Shown: positions 25,151 through 34,796, counted from the first letter of the stretch. The stretch is 64,000 bases of DNA from an uncultured Thermoleophilia bacterium (GCA_963705205.1 CAVPJG010000011.1:6565-70564), one strand, 5' to 3'. Numbers and translations: made by a program. The notes: generated by a model from the letters alone, not told the origin.

Positions 25151-26443
25151 TCACACCGCGCGCCAGCTCCTGAGCAGCCGGTACCTCCCCCCATCCACTC
25201 GCCGGGCGAGCCCCTCGACCTCCAGGTCGCTGACGGCGGCAGCGACCTTGGACGCGGGGAGACTGCAGCGGACCGACAGCTCGTCGATCGTGAACGAAGC
25301 CATCTGGAGGGCGCGCAGCACGTCGCGTACCGCGCCGCCGCCGTGGTCGAGCACGAGTGCCGGCAGCTCGGAGCTCGCGGCGCCTGAGCTCGCTCCCGGC
25401 CCCGGGTCTCCCACCCCGATGACCCGCAGGACGTCCGCGGCGCTCTCGCAGACGCGCGCGCCCTCGGCCAGCAGCCGGTTGGGCGCCTCGCTGAGCTTCC
25501 GCCCGGCCTCTCCGGGGACGCAGAGCACGTCGCGCCCGAGATCGGTGGCGTGTCCCGCGGTGATCCGGCCGCCGCTCTGCTTCGCCCCCTCCACCAGGAC
25601 CACCGCGCGCCCGAGCGCGGCCATGACCCGGTTGCGCGCCGGGAAGCGCCAGGTGCGCGCCGGTACGCCCCAGGCGAACTCGCTGAGGACGAGGCCACCA
25701 CCGGCGACGCGTGCGTAGAGGCCGGCATGACGGCGCGGATAGACGACGTCGGCGCCGCAGCCGAGCACCGCGACGGTCGAGAGAGGCGTGCCGGCGTCCG
25801 CACCCAAGGCCGCCTCCTTGATGGCTGCGTGGGCCTCCACAGCCGCTTTCTGCGCGACGGCGTCGATCCCCAGAGCCAGTCCGCTGACGACCACGACGCC
25901 GGCGCGGGCGAGTCCGCCCGCGAGCATCCGGGCCATGTCCTCGCCGTAGGGCGAGGGCGAGCGGGTGCCGACGACCGCGACGAGCGGCGTCTCGACGAGA
26001 GCGGAGAGGCGAGGCCCTGTGGACTTGGCGTCCGCCCCGCCGCGGACGAACAGGCAGAGCGGCGGATCCGCCAGGTCGCGGAGCTGGTCCGGGTAGAGCG
26101 CCTCGCTCCACGCGACCACGGCATCGCCCGGCGGGCGGCGCTCGGCGCGGCGCAGGCAGGCCGCCGGACCCTCGCGGAGCGCCGCCGCGAAGCGCTCTGC
26201 ATCCGACATCCGCTCCGCCTTCGGGGCTCGCGCATACGCCTGCTCCGCTGCTTCACTCCCTCCCCAGCCGCTCCTTCGCGCCGCGAACGCGACGATCTCG
26301 CCCGGCGGTCGTTGCAGCACGTCCGCCGTCGTGCGGTACTCGCGCAGCAGGTGGCCGATGAGCCCCGGCCGCCACGAAGCGAGCGTCCCCAGCCACACGC
26401 ACATCGCCCTCGCTCCAGCCTGGCACTCAGCCACCGGGCTCAC
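25151..26443 (-). CDS. dprA: DNA-processing protein DprA (Smf)
   Basis: ..VAVVGTRSPSPYG......LA..LA.AGVVVVSGLALGIDAVAQKAA.., ..FPARNRVMAAL..AVVLVEGA..SG.., plus a C-terminal winged-helix-like tail. Confidence 0.9.
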   Translation of the reverse strand: MSPVAECQAGARAMCVWLGTLASWRPGLIGHLLREYRTTADVLQRPPGEIVAFAARRSGWGGSEAAEQAYARAPKAERMSDAERFAAALREGPAACLRRAERRPPGDAVVAWSEALYPDQLRDLADPPLCLFVRGGADAKSTGPRLSALVETPLVAVVGTRSPSPYGEDMARMLAGGLARAGVVVVSGLALGIDAVAQKAAVEAHAAIKEAALGADAGTPLSTVAVLGCGADVVYPRRHAGLYARVAGGGLVLSEFAWGVPARTWRFPARNRVMAALGRAVVLVEGAKQSGGRITAGHATDLGRDVLCVPGEAGRKLSEAPNRLLAEGARVCESAADVLRVIGVGDPGPGASSGAASSELPALVLDHGGGAVRDVLRALQMASFTIDELSVRCSLPASKVAAAVSDLEVEGLARRVDGGRYRLLRSWRAV

Positions 26444-28004
26444 CCTCCCTGTCCCTGTAGCTGAGGCTCTCGGCGAGGTGGGCGGCGGAGATCGCCGTAG
26501 CGCCGTCGAGGTCAGCGATCGTGCGCGCCACCTTGACCACCCTGTCCGCGGCGCGCGCGCTGAGGCGCATGCGGTCGTAGGCCTGATCGAGCTTCCTGGT
26601 CGCGGCGGCGTCCAGGCCGCAGAAGCAGCGCAGCTGGCGCGTGGTCATGTGCGCGTTGGCATACGCCCCGGTACCTGTGAAGCGCTCCAGCTGCCGCCGG
26701 CGCGCCGCCACCACCCGATCACGGATCGCAGCGGAACCCTCCGACGGCCGCTTGTCGCGGCGAGCCTTGGGCGGCACGCGAGGCACGTCCAGACGCAGGT
26801 CGATGCGGTCGAGCAGCGGGCCGCTGAGCCGGGACCGGTACTGCTGCAAGCGAGAGCCCAGGCAGGAGCACTCGCGCTCCTTGTCGCCGGCAAAGCCGCA
26901 GGGGCAGGGGTTCATCGCGGCGACGAGCATCAGCCTCGCAGGATACGTCACCGACGTGAGCCGGCGGCTGATGGTCACCTCGCCGTCCTCGAGCGGCTGG
27001 CGAAGGCCCTCGAGGGCCGAGAGCCTGTACTCGGGGAACTCGTCGAGAAAGAGTACGCCGAGGTGGGCGAGACTCACCTCGCCCGGGCGCGGCGTGCCGC
27101 CGCCGCCGACGAGCCCCGGAGAGGAGATGGTATGGTGCGGTGCCCGGAAGGGCCGCCGCACCACCAGCGGCTCCCCGGGCGGCAGCAACCCCGCGACGCT
27201 GTGGATGCGGGTGATCTCGATCGCCTCGTCGCGGGTGAGCGGCGGCATGATGCCCGGCAGCCGCCGCGCGAGCATGGTCTTGCCCGCGCCCGGCGGGCCC
27301 GTCATGAGCACGTTGTGCGCGCCGGCCACGGCGATCTCGAGCGCGCGCTTGACCCCGTCCTGCCCGATGATGTCGGAGAAGTCGGCGTCGCCGACGGGAG
27401 TGGCGGCGAGGAGTGCGTCGAGGTCCGCCGGCGGGGCGGCGCCGCAACCGCCGGCCTCGATCTGCGCGACCGCCTCGGCGAGCGACGACGCCGGATAGAC
27501 CTCCAGTCCGGTGACCAGCGCCGCCTCGGCCGCGTTGCCGGCCGGAAGCACCAGACCGCGGATGCCGCGCGAGCGGAGACTCTGCGCGAGGGCGAGCGCC
27601 CCGGCCACCGGGCGCAGCCCGCCGTCGAGCCCGAGCTCGCCGACGGCCGCCAATGGCCCGCGCCCGTCGCAGCCGTCGCGCACCTGCCCGGTCGCAAGCA
27701 GGAAGGCGAGCGCGATGGGCAGGTCGAACGACGGGCCCTCCTTGCGCAGGTCCGCGGGTGCGAGGTTGACCGTGATGCGCCGCGAGGGGAACTCGAAGGA
27801 CGAGTTGACGATCGCGGCGCGAACCCGCTCCCTGCTCTCCTGTACGGAGGCGTCCGGCAGACCGACCACGCTGAACGCGGGAGCAGCGGCCACCACGTCG
27901 GCCTCGACCACCACCGGCTGGCCCTTGAGGCCGCTGAGCGCCTCACTGGCGACGCGCGCCAGCATCTCATGCCACCCGGTCCCGGGCGCTTGAAGCCGGT
28001 CCAT
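26427..28004 (-). CDS. comM: YifB/ComM family Mg-chelatase-like AAA+ ATPase
   Basis: ..FDLPIALAFL.., Walker A MTGPPGAGKTMLARRLPGI.PPL, ..GEVSLAHLGVLFLDEFPE.., ..VAAMNPCPCG.. By homology the start may be the internal ATG at 27965 (MLARVASEAL..). Confidence 0.9.
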   Translation of the reverse strand: MDRLQAPGTGWHEMLARVASEALSGLKGQPVVVEADVVAAAPAFSVVGLPDASVQESRERVRAAIVNSSFEFPSRRITVNLAPADLRKEGPSFDLPIALAFLLATGQVRDGCDGRGPLAAVGELGLDGGLRPVAGALALAQSLRSRGIRGLVLPAGNAAEAALVTGLEVYPASSLAEAVAQIEAGGCGAAPPADLDALLAATPVGDADFSDIIGQDGVKRALEIAVAGAHNVLMTGPPGAGKTMLARRLPGIMPPLTRDEAIEITRIHSVAGLLPPGEPLVVRRPFRAPHHTISSPGLVGGGGTPRPGEVSLAHLGVLFLDEFPEYRLSALEGLRQPLEDGEVTISRRLTSVTYPARLMLVAAMNPCPCGFAGDKERECSCLGSRLQQYRSRLSGPLLDRIDLRLDVPRVPPKARRDKRPSEGSAAIRDRVVAARRRQLERFTGTGAYANAHMTTRQLRCFCGLDAAATRKLDQAYDRMRLSARAADRVVKVARTIADLDGATAISAAHLAESLSYRDREGEPGG

Positions 28005-28019
28005 CAGACGCCGGCACGG

Positions 28020-28394
28020 TCATCCATCCAGTGTGAAGGCGCCCGGGAGGTGACGGACCGCCGGCGGCCAAGATGAGGCGTCGACGGCGACGATGTCGAA
28101 GCGCACGTCGCTCACGCCGCGGAGGGCCCAGGGCCTGCAGGAGAGCCACAGTTCGGCGAGCCGGGCGACCTTGCGCCGCTTGCGCCCGTCGACCGCGTCC
28201 TCCGGTGAGCCGAACGCCGCCGAACGCCGTGCCTTGACCTCGACGAACGCGAGGACGTCTCCGCGGCGCGCGATGAGGTCGAGCTCGCCCCGGCCGACGC
28301 GCACGTTGCGCCCGAGGAGTCTCCAGCCCTCACGGACCAGGTAGCGCGCCGCCGCGGCCTCCGCCGCGCGGCCGAACTGTTGCTTCGCGTTCAC
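28020..28394 (-). CDS. YraN family (UPF0102) endonuclease-like protein
   Basis: ..AAEAAAARYL...GWRLLGRN.R.GRGELDLIARRGD.LAFVEVKAR....FG.PE.AV...K.. Confidence 0.85.
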   Translation of the reverse strand: MNAKQQFGRAAEAAAARYLVREGWRLLGRNVRVGRGELDLIARRGDVLAFVEVKARRSAAFGSPEDAVDGRKRRKVARLAELWLSCRPWALRGVSDVRFDIVAVDASSWPPAVRHLPGAFTLDG

Positions 28395-28491
28395 CCGGTC
28401 AGCCTAGGGCACGCGCGCACCGGTTCAGAGGGTGCCGAACGGGGCACAGGGATGACGTTGAAGATCGTCGACCGGCGGCGAACCACCGACA

Positions 28492-28518
28492 CTCCCGCGG
28501 CCCGGAACGGCCGCGGAG
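28492..28518 (-). terminator. Strong GC hairpin just downstream of rnhB (8-10 bp stem, 6-nt loop)
   Basis: CCGCGGCC-GTTCCG-GGCCGCGG on the coding strand, about 10 nt after the rnhB stop, followed by a T-containing stretch (GTGTCGGTGGTT). Confidence 0.35.
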
Positions 28519-28525
28519 GACGCCG

Positions 28526-29185
28526 TCAGCAGTCCTCCGGCGCGTCCAGTCCCAGCCCGAGCTGCCGGTAGGCGACGCTGGCGAACGAGAGACGATGCAG
28601 CTCGCAGACGCCGTGCTCGCAGATGGCCGTCTGGTGCACCGCCGTCGCGTAGCCGACGTGGTGGTCGAAGCCGTACGCCGGATAGCTCGCGTGGAGGCCG
28701 CGCATCACCCGGTCGCGGGTGACCTTGGCGATGATCGACGCCGCCGCGATGGCGGCCGAGAGGTGGTCGCCGCCGACCACGGCGCGGTGGTCGCGCGCGC
28801 AGTCCGGCAGCGGAAAGCCGTCGACCAGGGCGACGTCAGGCGTAGGATCGAGCCGCTCGAGCGCCCGGGCCAGGCCCCGCAGGTTACAGCGGTGGAGGCC
28901 GTCGCGGTCGATGGTCGCGGGAGACAAGAGCACCACCACGACCTGGCGCGCCAGCCGCAGGATCTCGTCGTACAGCTCCTCACGACGCTGGCGGGTGAGG
29001 CGTTTGGAGTCGTCGAGGCCGGAGAGGGCTTCGCGGCCGGCTTTGTCCAGCATCGCGTAGTCGAGGCAGACGGCGGCGACGGAGAGCGGGCCGGCGAGAC
29101 AGCCGCGGCCGGCCTCGTCGGCGCCGGCGACGGCCGCGCCGTCGCTGCCGGCGGCCGCCAGGTCGAAGGCGAAGCGCTCCTGCAC
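28526..29185 (-). CDS. rnhB: Ribonuclease HII
   Basis: ..VAGADEAGRGCLAGPL.VAAV.., ..LDDSK.L....RE.L...I.., ..VDG......H.AVVGGD..S..IAAASIIAKV.RD..M. GTG start. Confidence 0.93.
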   Translation of the reverse strand: MQERFAFDLAAAGSDGAAVAGADEAGRGCLAGPLSVAAVCLDYAMLDKAGREALSGLDDSKRLTRQRREELYDEILRLARQVVVVLLSPATIDRDGLHRCNLRGLARALERLDPTPDVALVDGFPLPDCARDHRAVVGGDHLSAAIAAASIIAKVTRDRVMRGLHASYPAYGFDHHVGYATAVHQTAICEHGVCELHRLSFASVAYRQLGLGLDAPEDC

Positions 29186-29202
29186 TGCCCCGCCGCCGGT
29201 AG

Positions 29203-29321
29203 TCAGTCCGCGCCGCCCTGAGCCCTACGGCCGGCGGCGTGCTCAATAGCTCTGCCGTGCACTAGTCCACGCCGCCCTGGGCCCTACGCCCGGCGGCGTG
29301 CTCAATAGCTCTTCCGTGCAT
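29203..29321 (-). repeat. Two tandem 59-nt intercistronic repeat units (MIRU-like), each readable as a 19-codon mini-ORF
   Basis: Unit 1 is 29262-29321: ATG overlapping the lepB TAA (TAATG), MHGRAIEHAAGRRAQGGVD-TAG. Unit 2 is 29203-29262: GTG overlapping that TAG (TAGTG), (V)HGRAIEHAAGRRAQGGAD-TGA. The units differ at 6 of 59 nt. The core TGCACGGAAGAGCTATTGAGC recurs at 44662-44682. Confidence 0.85.
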
Positions 29322-29920
29322 TAGTCCACGCCACCGATGCGGCCGGGCGGCCAGTAGCGGGCGAACGCCTTGCCGACCAGCTGGCCGCGGGGCACCGGTC
29401 CGAACTCGCGGCTGTCGCCGCTGTCGACGCGGTTGTCGCCCATCATGAAGTAGTTGCCGGCCGGTACCGTGTAGGGCTGTTCCAGCGACCACGGCAGCCC
29501 GTTGTCGAACGGCTCTGTCGGCACGTACTCCCCTTCCGCGGTGCTGCGCACATAGGGTTCGTCCAGCTTGCTGCCGTTCACGTACACGGCGCCGTCCTTG
29601 AGGGAGATCTCGTCGCCCGGCATGCCGATGATGCGCTTGATGAGCACCGGACCCACCATCGGCGAATGGAACACGGTGATGTCGCCCCGCTGCGGGTCCG
29701 ACAACCGCCACGAGATGCGGTCGACCAGCACGCGGTCGCCGATCAGCAGGGTGTCCTCCATCGACTCGGAGGGGATGCGGTACGGCTTGACGAGGAACGC
29801 CTGGATGAGCAGCGCCACGGCGATGGCGACGACCGCCAGCACGACGTACTCGAGGATTGTCCGGCCCGTCGAGGCCTTCTTGTCACCCTTGCCGGGCTCC
29901 GCGTCCTGCGTGTCGTTCAT
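29321..29920 (-). CDS. lepB: Signal peptidase I (paralog 1)
   Basis: ..PYRIPSESMEDTLLIGDRVLV.., ..VFH......LIKRIIGMPGDEI.., ..YFMMGDNR..S.DSR.FGPV. Confidence 0.92.
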   Translation of the reverse strand: MNDTQDAEPGKGDKKASTGRTILEYVVLAVVAIAVALLIQAFLVKPYRIPSESMEDTLLIGDRVLVDRISWRLSDPQRGDITVFHSPMVGPVLIKRIIGMPGDEISLKDGAVYVNGSKLDEPYVRSTAEGEYVPTEPFDNGLPWSLEQPYTVPAGNYFMMGDNRVDSGDSREFGPVPRGQLVGKAFARYWPPGRIGGVD

Positions 29921-29950
29921 CCCTCTCCTGATCCGCCGGGCGGGAGTGTA

Positions 29951-30511
29951 TCAGAGCGCCCGCAGACGTGAGACCGGCCAGTACGTCGCCAGCCCCTCGC
30001 CCACGATCGCCGCCCTCGGGACCGTGCCCCAGTCGCGGCTGTCGTCGCTGTCGGTGCGGTTGTCGCCCATGACGAAGTAGGTGCCCGCGGGCACCCGGTA
30101 CGGCTCGGCCAGAGACCATGGGTCGTGCAGGGTGCTGCCGACGATGGCCGCCTGCGCGACCGTGGGGTCGAGGCGGCCGCCGGTGCGGTGAACGTAGGGT
30201 TCGGCCGCCTTGTTCCGGTTCACGTAGAGGCGCCCGTCCCGCGCCTCGAGGAGGTCGCCGGGCACGCCGACGACGCGCTTGATGAACACGACGTCCGGGT
30301 CCTGGGGATACCGGAACACGATCACGTCACCGCGCCGCGGCTCCCGCAGGTGGTACACGACACGGTTGACGAGCACACGGTCTCCCGGGCGGAGCGTGTC
30401 GAGCATGGACCCTGAGGGGATGCGGTACGGCTTGACCAGCCACGCCTGGACCGCCAGCGCCACCAGCACGGCGACGGCGACGACCGCGACGTACTCGAGG
30501 ACGCGCTTCAC
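29951..30511 (-). CDS. lepB: Signal peptidase I (paralog 2)
   Basis: ..PYRIPSGSMLDTLRPGDRVLVN.., ..VFIKRVVGVPGD.., ..YFVMGDNRTDSDDSRDWG.VP. Confidence 0.92.
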   Translation of the reverse strand: MKRVLEYVAVVAVAVLVALAVQAWLVKPYRIPSGSMLDTLRPGDRVLVNRVVYHLREPRRGDVIVFRYPQDPDVVFIKRVVGVPGDLLEARDGRLYVNRNKAAEPYVHRTGGRLDPTVAQAAIVGSTLHDPWSLAEPYRVPAGTYFVMGDNRTDSDDSRDWGTVPRAAIVGEGLATYWPVSRLRAL

Positions 30512-30541
30512 GGGGCGGACGGCCGGGGCGGCCGCGTCAGC

Positions 30542-30886
30542 TCAGCGCTGCTTCTCGCGGACCCGCGCCTGCTTGCCGACCTTCTGACGCAGGTAGTACA
30601 GCTTCGCGCGACGGACGTCGCCGATGGCCGTGACCTCGATGTGGTCGATCTTGGGCGAGTGCACGGGGAACGTACGCTCGACCCCGACCCCGAAGGACTG
30701 CTTGCGCACGGTGAAGGTCTCGCGCACACCTTGGCCCTGGCGCTTGATCACGATGCCCTGGAAGACCTGGATGCGGTGGCGGGTGCCCTCGACGACCTTG
30801 AAGTGGACCTTCACGGTGTCGCCGGCCTTGAACTGCGGGATGTCGTCGCGCAGCTGCTCGCGCTCGATGTTCTCGATGATGTTCAC
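30542..30886 (-). CDS. rplS: 50S ribosomal protein L19
   Basis: [72 protein letters not shown]. Confidence 0.97.
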   Translation of the reverse strand: MNIIENIEREQLRDDIPQFKAGDTVKVHFKVVEGTRHRIQVFQGIVIKRQGQGVRETFTVRKQSFGVGVERTFPVHSPKIDHIEVTAIGDVRRAKLYYLRQKVGKQARVREKQR

Positions 30887-30919
30887 GGACCCTCGTCTTT
30901 CGTCAGAAAAGCGGCGGCT

Positions 30920-30948
30920 AGTCTAGCAGGGCGGGCCGAGCGGCGCAA
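30920..30948 (-). promoter_or_regulatory. Candidate sigma-70-type promoter for rplS (TTGCGC-N17-TAGACT)
   Basis: Hexamers with exact 17-nt spacing lie in the 97-nt trmD-rplS spacer, about 33 nt upstream of the rplS GTG. Confidence 0.4.
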
Positions 30949-30983
30949 AACCCCCTGCCGGCCTCCGGCCACGAAGCGGTATC

Positions 30984-31643
30984 TTACCGCTTTCTGACCT
31001 GCTCCGCCCGCCAGCGCGCGATCTCGGCGTGGTGCCCGCTGCGCAGCACCTCGGGCACCTCCCAGCCGCGGAACTCCGCGGGGCGCGTGTAGTGTGGGTA
31101 CTCCGCCCCGCCCTCCAGCTCCGGGGCGTGCGACTCGCTCACGATGCTGTCCGGGTTGCTGATCACGCCGGGGAGCTTGCGCGTGACCGCGTCGAGCGTC
31201 GCCATCGCGGCGATCTCACCGCCGGACAGCACGTAGGGGCCGATGGACACCCGGTCGGTGACGAGGTGCTGCACGCGCTCGTCGATGCCCTCGTAGCGGC
31301 CGCACAGGAGCACGAGGTCGCCGCCGGCGAGCTCGATGGCCAGCGCGTCGTCCAGCTGCCGCCCCTTGGGCGTGAGCTCGACGACGCGCCGCGAAGCCTT
31401 GACGTGCTCGGCGGCGACGCCGAAGACGGCCTCGAGCGCGGCGCAGACGACGTCGATGCGCAACACCATGCCCGCGCCGCCGCCGTAGGGCGTGTCGTCC
31501 ACCTGCTGGTGGCCGAGCGGCGTGTGGTCCCGGTAGTCACTGAGGACGAACTCGTGGCCGAGGTCCGCGGCGGCGCGGATGTGCACCTGCCCGAGGTACC
31601 AGTCGAATGCCTCCGGGAAGAGCGTGAAGACGTCGAAGCGCAC
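30984..31643 (-). CDS. trmD: tRNA (guanine37-N1)-methyltransferase
   Basis: MRFDVFTLFPEAF...L..........D.R........VDD.PYGGGAGMVL......AL.., ..LLCGRYEGIDERV......D.VSIGPYVLSGGE.AA....DA..R..PGV. Confidence 0.95.
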   Translation of the reverse strand: MRFDVFTLFPEAFDWYLGQVHIRAAADLGHEFVLSDYRDHTPLGHQQVDDTPYGGGAGMVLRIDVVCAALEAVFGVAAEHVKASRRVVELTPKGRQLDDALAIELAGGDLVLLCGRYEGIDERVQHLVTDRVSIGPYVLSGGEIAAMATLDAVTRKLPGVISNPDSIVSESHAPELEGGAEYPHYTRPAEFRGWEVPEVLRSGHHAEIARWRAEQVRKR

Positions 31644-31645
31644 GC

Positions 31646-32158
31646 TCAGGGCTCCAGCTCGTCGAGGAGGCCGTCGACGACGGTCACGACGCCGTCCTGC
31701 AGAGTGATCAGCGCGTCCACGAGAGGGATGAGGACGTCCCCGCCATCCGGCGCCCGCACCGCCAGGATCTCGTGCGCGGGCGCCTCGAGCACGTCACGCA
31801 CCTCGCCGACCGTCCGGCCGGAGGCCGTGCGCACGGGCAGCCCCAGCAGATCGCCGACGCGGTAGTGCGGCTGCCGGTCCAAGGCGTCGCCGGCCGCGAG
31901 GAGCTCAAGTCCCTGCAGCGCGATGGCTTCGTCGCGGGTCGTTGCGAGGTCCAGGACGACGAGAGGGCGCCGGTCCGTCCCGCCCGCGCGCGTGAGCGCG
32001 CAGGGACGGGGCTCACCGGCGCCCTCGTCGGCAACGAAGAACCGCTCGCCCAGCTCCAGTCGTTCGAGCCCGCCGGGCGCGAGGTTCAGGTACAGCTCGC
32101 CCTTGAGGCCGTGCACCTTGCCGAGCGTGCCGCAGGACCAGAGGGCAGAGTCTGTCAT
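31646..32158 (-). CDS. rimM: 16S rRNA processing protein RimM
   Basis: ..GTLGKVHGLKGELYLN.. (PRC-barrel/RimM N-domain), ..GR.VG.V..V...PA.E.L.V......D.LIP.V. Sits in the conserved position between the KH gene and trmD. Confidence 0.9.
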   Translation of the reverse strand: MTDSALWSCGTLGKVHGLKGELYLNLAPGGLERLELGERFFVADEGAGEPRPCALTRAGGTDRRPLVVLDLATTRDEAIALQGLELLAAGDALDRQPHYRVGDLLGLPVRTASGRTVGEVRDVLEAPAHEILAVRAPDGGDVLIPLVDALITLQDGVVTVVDGLLDELEP

Positions 32159-32218
32159 CGTCGGTCATTGTGCGGTCCACCTACGGCGGCCCGCACGTCA
32201 GTTCGCCTACGGCGACTA
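32159..32218 (-). repeat. Degenerate copy of a second intercistronic repeat family (type 2) filling the KH gene-rimM spacer
   Basis: GAT-TAG-TCGCCGTAGGCGAACTGACGTGCGGGCCGCCGTAGGTGGACCGCACA aligns over about 53 nt (about 40 matches by hand) with the sequence following the rpmF stop at 42827-42881. The shared 11-mer is CGCCGTAGGCG. Confidence 0.6.
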
Positions 32219-32449
32219 ATCGATGATCTCCACGATGGCGCGTTTGCCGTCCCGTACGGCAGAGGCCTTGACGATGGTGCGCAGCGCCCTGGCGATGCGC
32301 CCCTGTTTGCCGATGACCTTGCCGACGTCGTCCTTCGCCACTGAGAGCTCCAACACGACGGTGGTGTCGGTTTCCGTAGCCTTCACGTGGACCTCGTCCG
32401 GGCTGTCGACCAGCGACTTGGCCAGATACTCGAGCAGGTCCTTCAACAT
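32216..32449 (-). CDS. KH-domain RNA-binding protein (YlqC/UPF0109 family)
   Basis: MLKDLLEYLAKSLVDSPDEVHV.......TVVLEL.VAKDDVGKVIGKQGRIARALRTIV. Sits in the conserved position between rpsP and rimM. Confidence 0.92.
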   Translation of the reverse strand: MLKDLLEYLAKSLVDSPDEVHVKATETDTTVVLELSVAKDDVGKVIGKQGRIARALRTIVKASAVRDGKRAIVEIID

Positions 32450-32485
32450 CCCACTACTCCCTCCGTCGTCGTCGAAAGGGCTTGC

Positions 32486-32731
32486 TTATTTTTCGATGCC
32501 CTTGATCGAGAGCAGCTTCTTGACCGTTCGCGAGGGCTGCGCGCCCTCACCCAGCCACTTCTTCGCCTTCTCAGCATCGATCTCGATGAGCGACGGCTCC
32601 ATGCGCGGGTTGTACTGGCCGATGGTCTCGATAGCGCGACCGTCGCGCCGAGCGCGGGAATCCACGACGACGATACGGTAGACAGGATTCTTGGTGCTCC
32701 CTACCCGGGTCAATCTCATCCGCACTGCCAA
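32486..32731 (-). CDS. rpsP: 30S ribosomal protein S16
   Basis: (M)[44 protein letters not shown] start downstream of a GAGGGGG SD. Confidence 0.96.
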   Translation of the reverse strand: MAVRMRLTRVGSTKNPVYRIVVVDSRARRDGRAIETIGQYNPRMEPSLIEIDAEKAKKWLGEGAQPSRTVKKLLSIKGIEK

Positions 32732-32752
32732 CTGGTGTCACCCCCTCAGGGT

Positions 32753-32789
32753 TGAAAAACGACGCGCTGCGACCGCACAGGGTCGCAGC
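32753..32789 (-). terminator. Rho-independent terminator-like hairpin with T-run between ffh and rpsP
   Basis: GCTGCGACC-CTGTGC-GGTCGCAGC (perfect 9-bp stem), followed by GCGTCGTTTTTC on the coding strand. Confidence 0.55.
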
Positions 32790-32798
32790 GGTGAGTGA

Positions 32799-32827
32799 AC
32801 CTTATGCGACCCGGCATCGGGCCGCAA
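32799..32827 (-). promoter_or_regulatory. Candidate promoter (TTGCGG-N17-TAAGGT) upstream of rpsP and immediately upstream of the terminator-like hairpin
   Basis: Hexamers with 17-nt spacing; the same TTGCG(G/C) -35 is seen at the pyrG and rplS candidates. The hairpin begins about 10 nt after the -10 box. Confidence 0.3.
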
Positions 32828-32838
32828 GAATCGCTAGT

Positions 32839-34167
<1,329 letters not shown>

Positions 34168-34262
34168 CGCGTGCTCTCGTCGAGTGGCGGAGCGTTCATG
34201 GTAGCAGGTCGGCGGCCCACTGGACGTGCGGACGATCAGACAGCGCGTACCCCGTGGAAAGG

Positions 34263-34796
34263 TCACGCCCCGCCCGCGTGGCGGACGTCGTCCGCGGGCA
34301 GGTCCAGCATCCAGAGGTCGTGCGCCCGGCCGCTCCACTCGACCCGGCGGTCGACCGCCATGCCCAGCCTGACGGCGACGCGCCGCGAGCGCGCGTTCTC
34401 GGGCACGATGAGCGCGCACACGCGGCGGATGCCCAGACCTGCCGCGTGCGCGAGGGCGCCCCGCGCCGCCTCGGTGGCGTAGCCTCTCCCCCACGCGGAC
34501 CGCTCAAGGTGCCAGCCCGTCTCGACCAGGTGCTCCCCGTCGATGACGCGCGGGACGAGACCGCAGTCCCCGATCAGCCGCTCACCGGCGCGCAGTACGA
34601 CCGCGTAGAGCCCCATGCCGGCGTCCGAGTAGCCCTCTCGGGCTCGAGCGACCCAGTCACGCGCATCCTCCGGCGTGAAGGGCGCCGGGCGCCACCAGAT
34701 CACCTCGGGGTCGGCGAACGCCCTGGCCACCTCCGGGACGTCGCCGACGGTGAGCTCGCGCAACACGAGCCGCTCTGTCTGGATGGGCAGCACCAC
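34263..34796 (-). CDS. GNAT family N-acetyltransferase (RimJ/RimL-like)
   Basis: ..TERLVLREL...D....., ..IGDCGL......., ..E.GW.L....WGRGYATEAARG.L..A...LG..RV.A.....N..S..V..RLGM. Confidence 0.8.
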   Translation of the reverse strand: MVLPIQTERLVLRELTVGDVPEVARAFADPEVIWWRPAPFTPEDARDWVARAREGYSDAGMGLYAVVLRAGERLIGDCGLVPRVIDGEHLVETGWHLERSAWGRGYATEAARGALAHAAGLGIRRVCALIVPENARSRRVAVRLGMAVDRRVEWSGRAHDLWMLDLPADDVRHAGGA

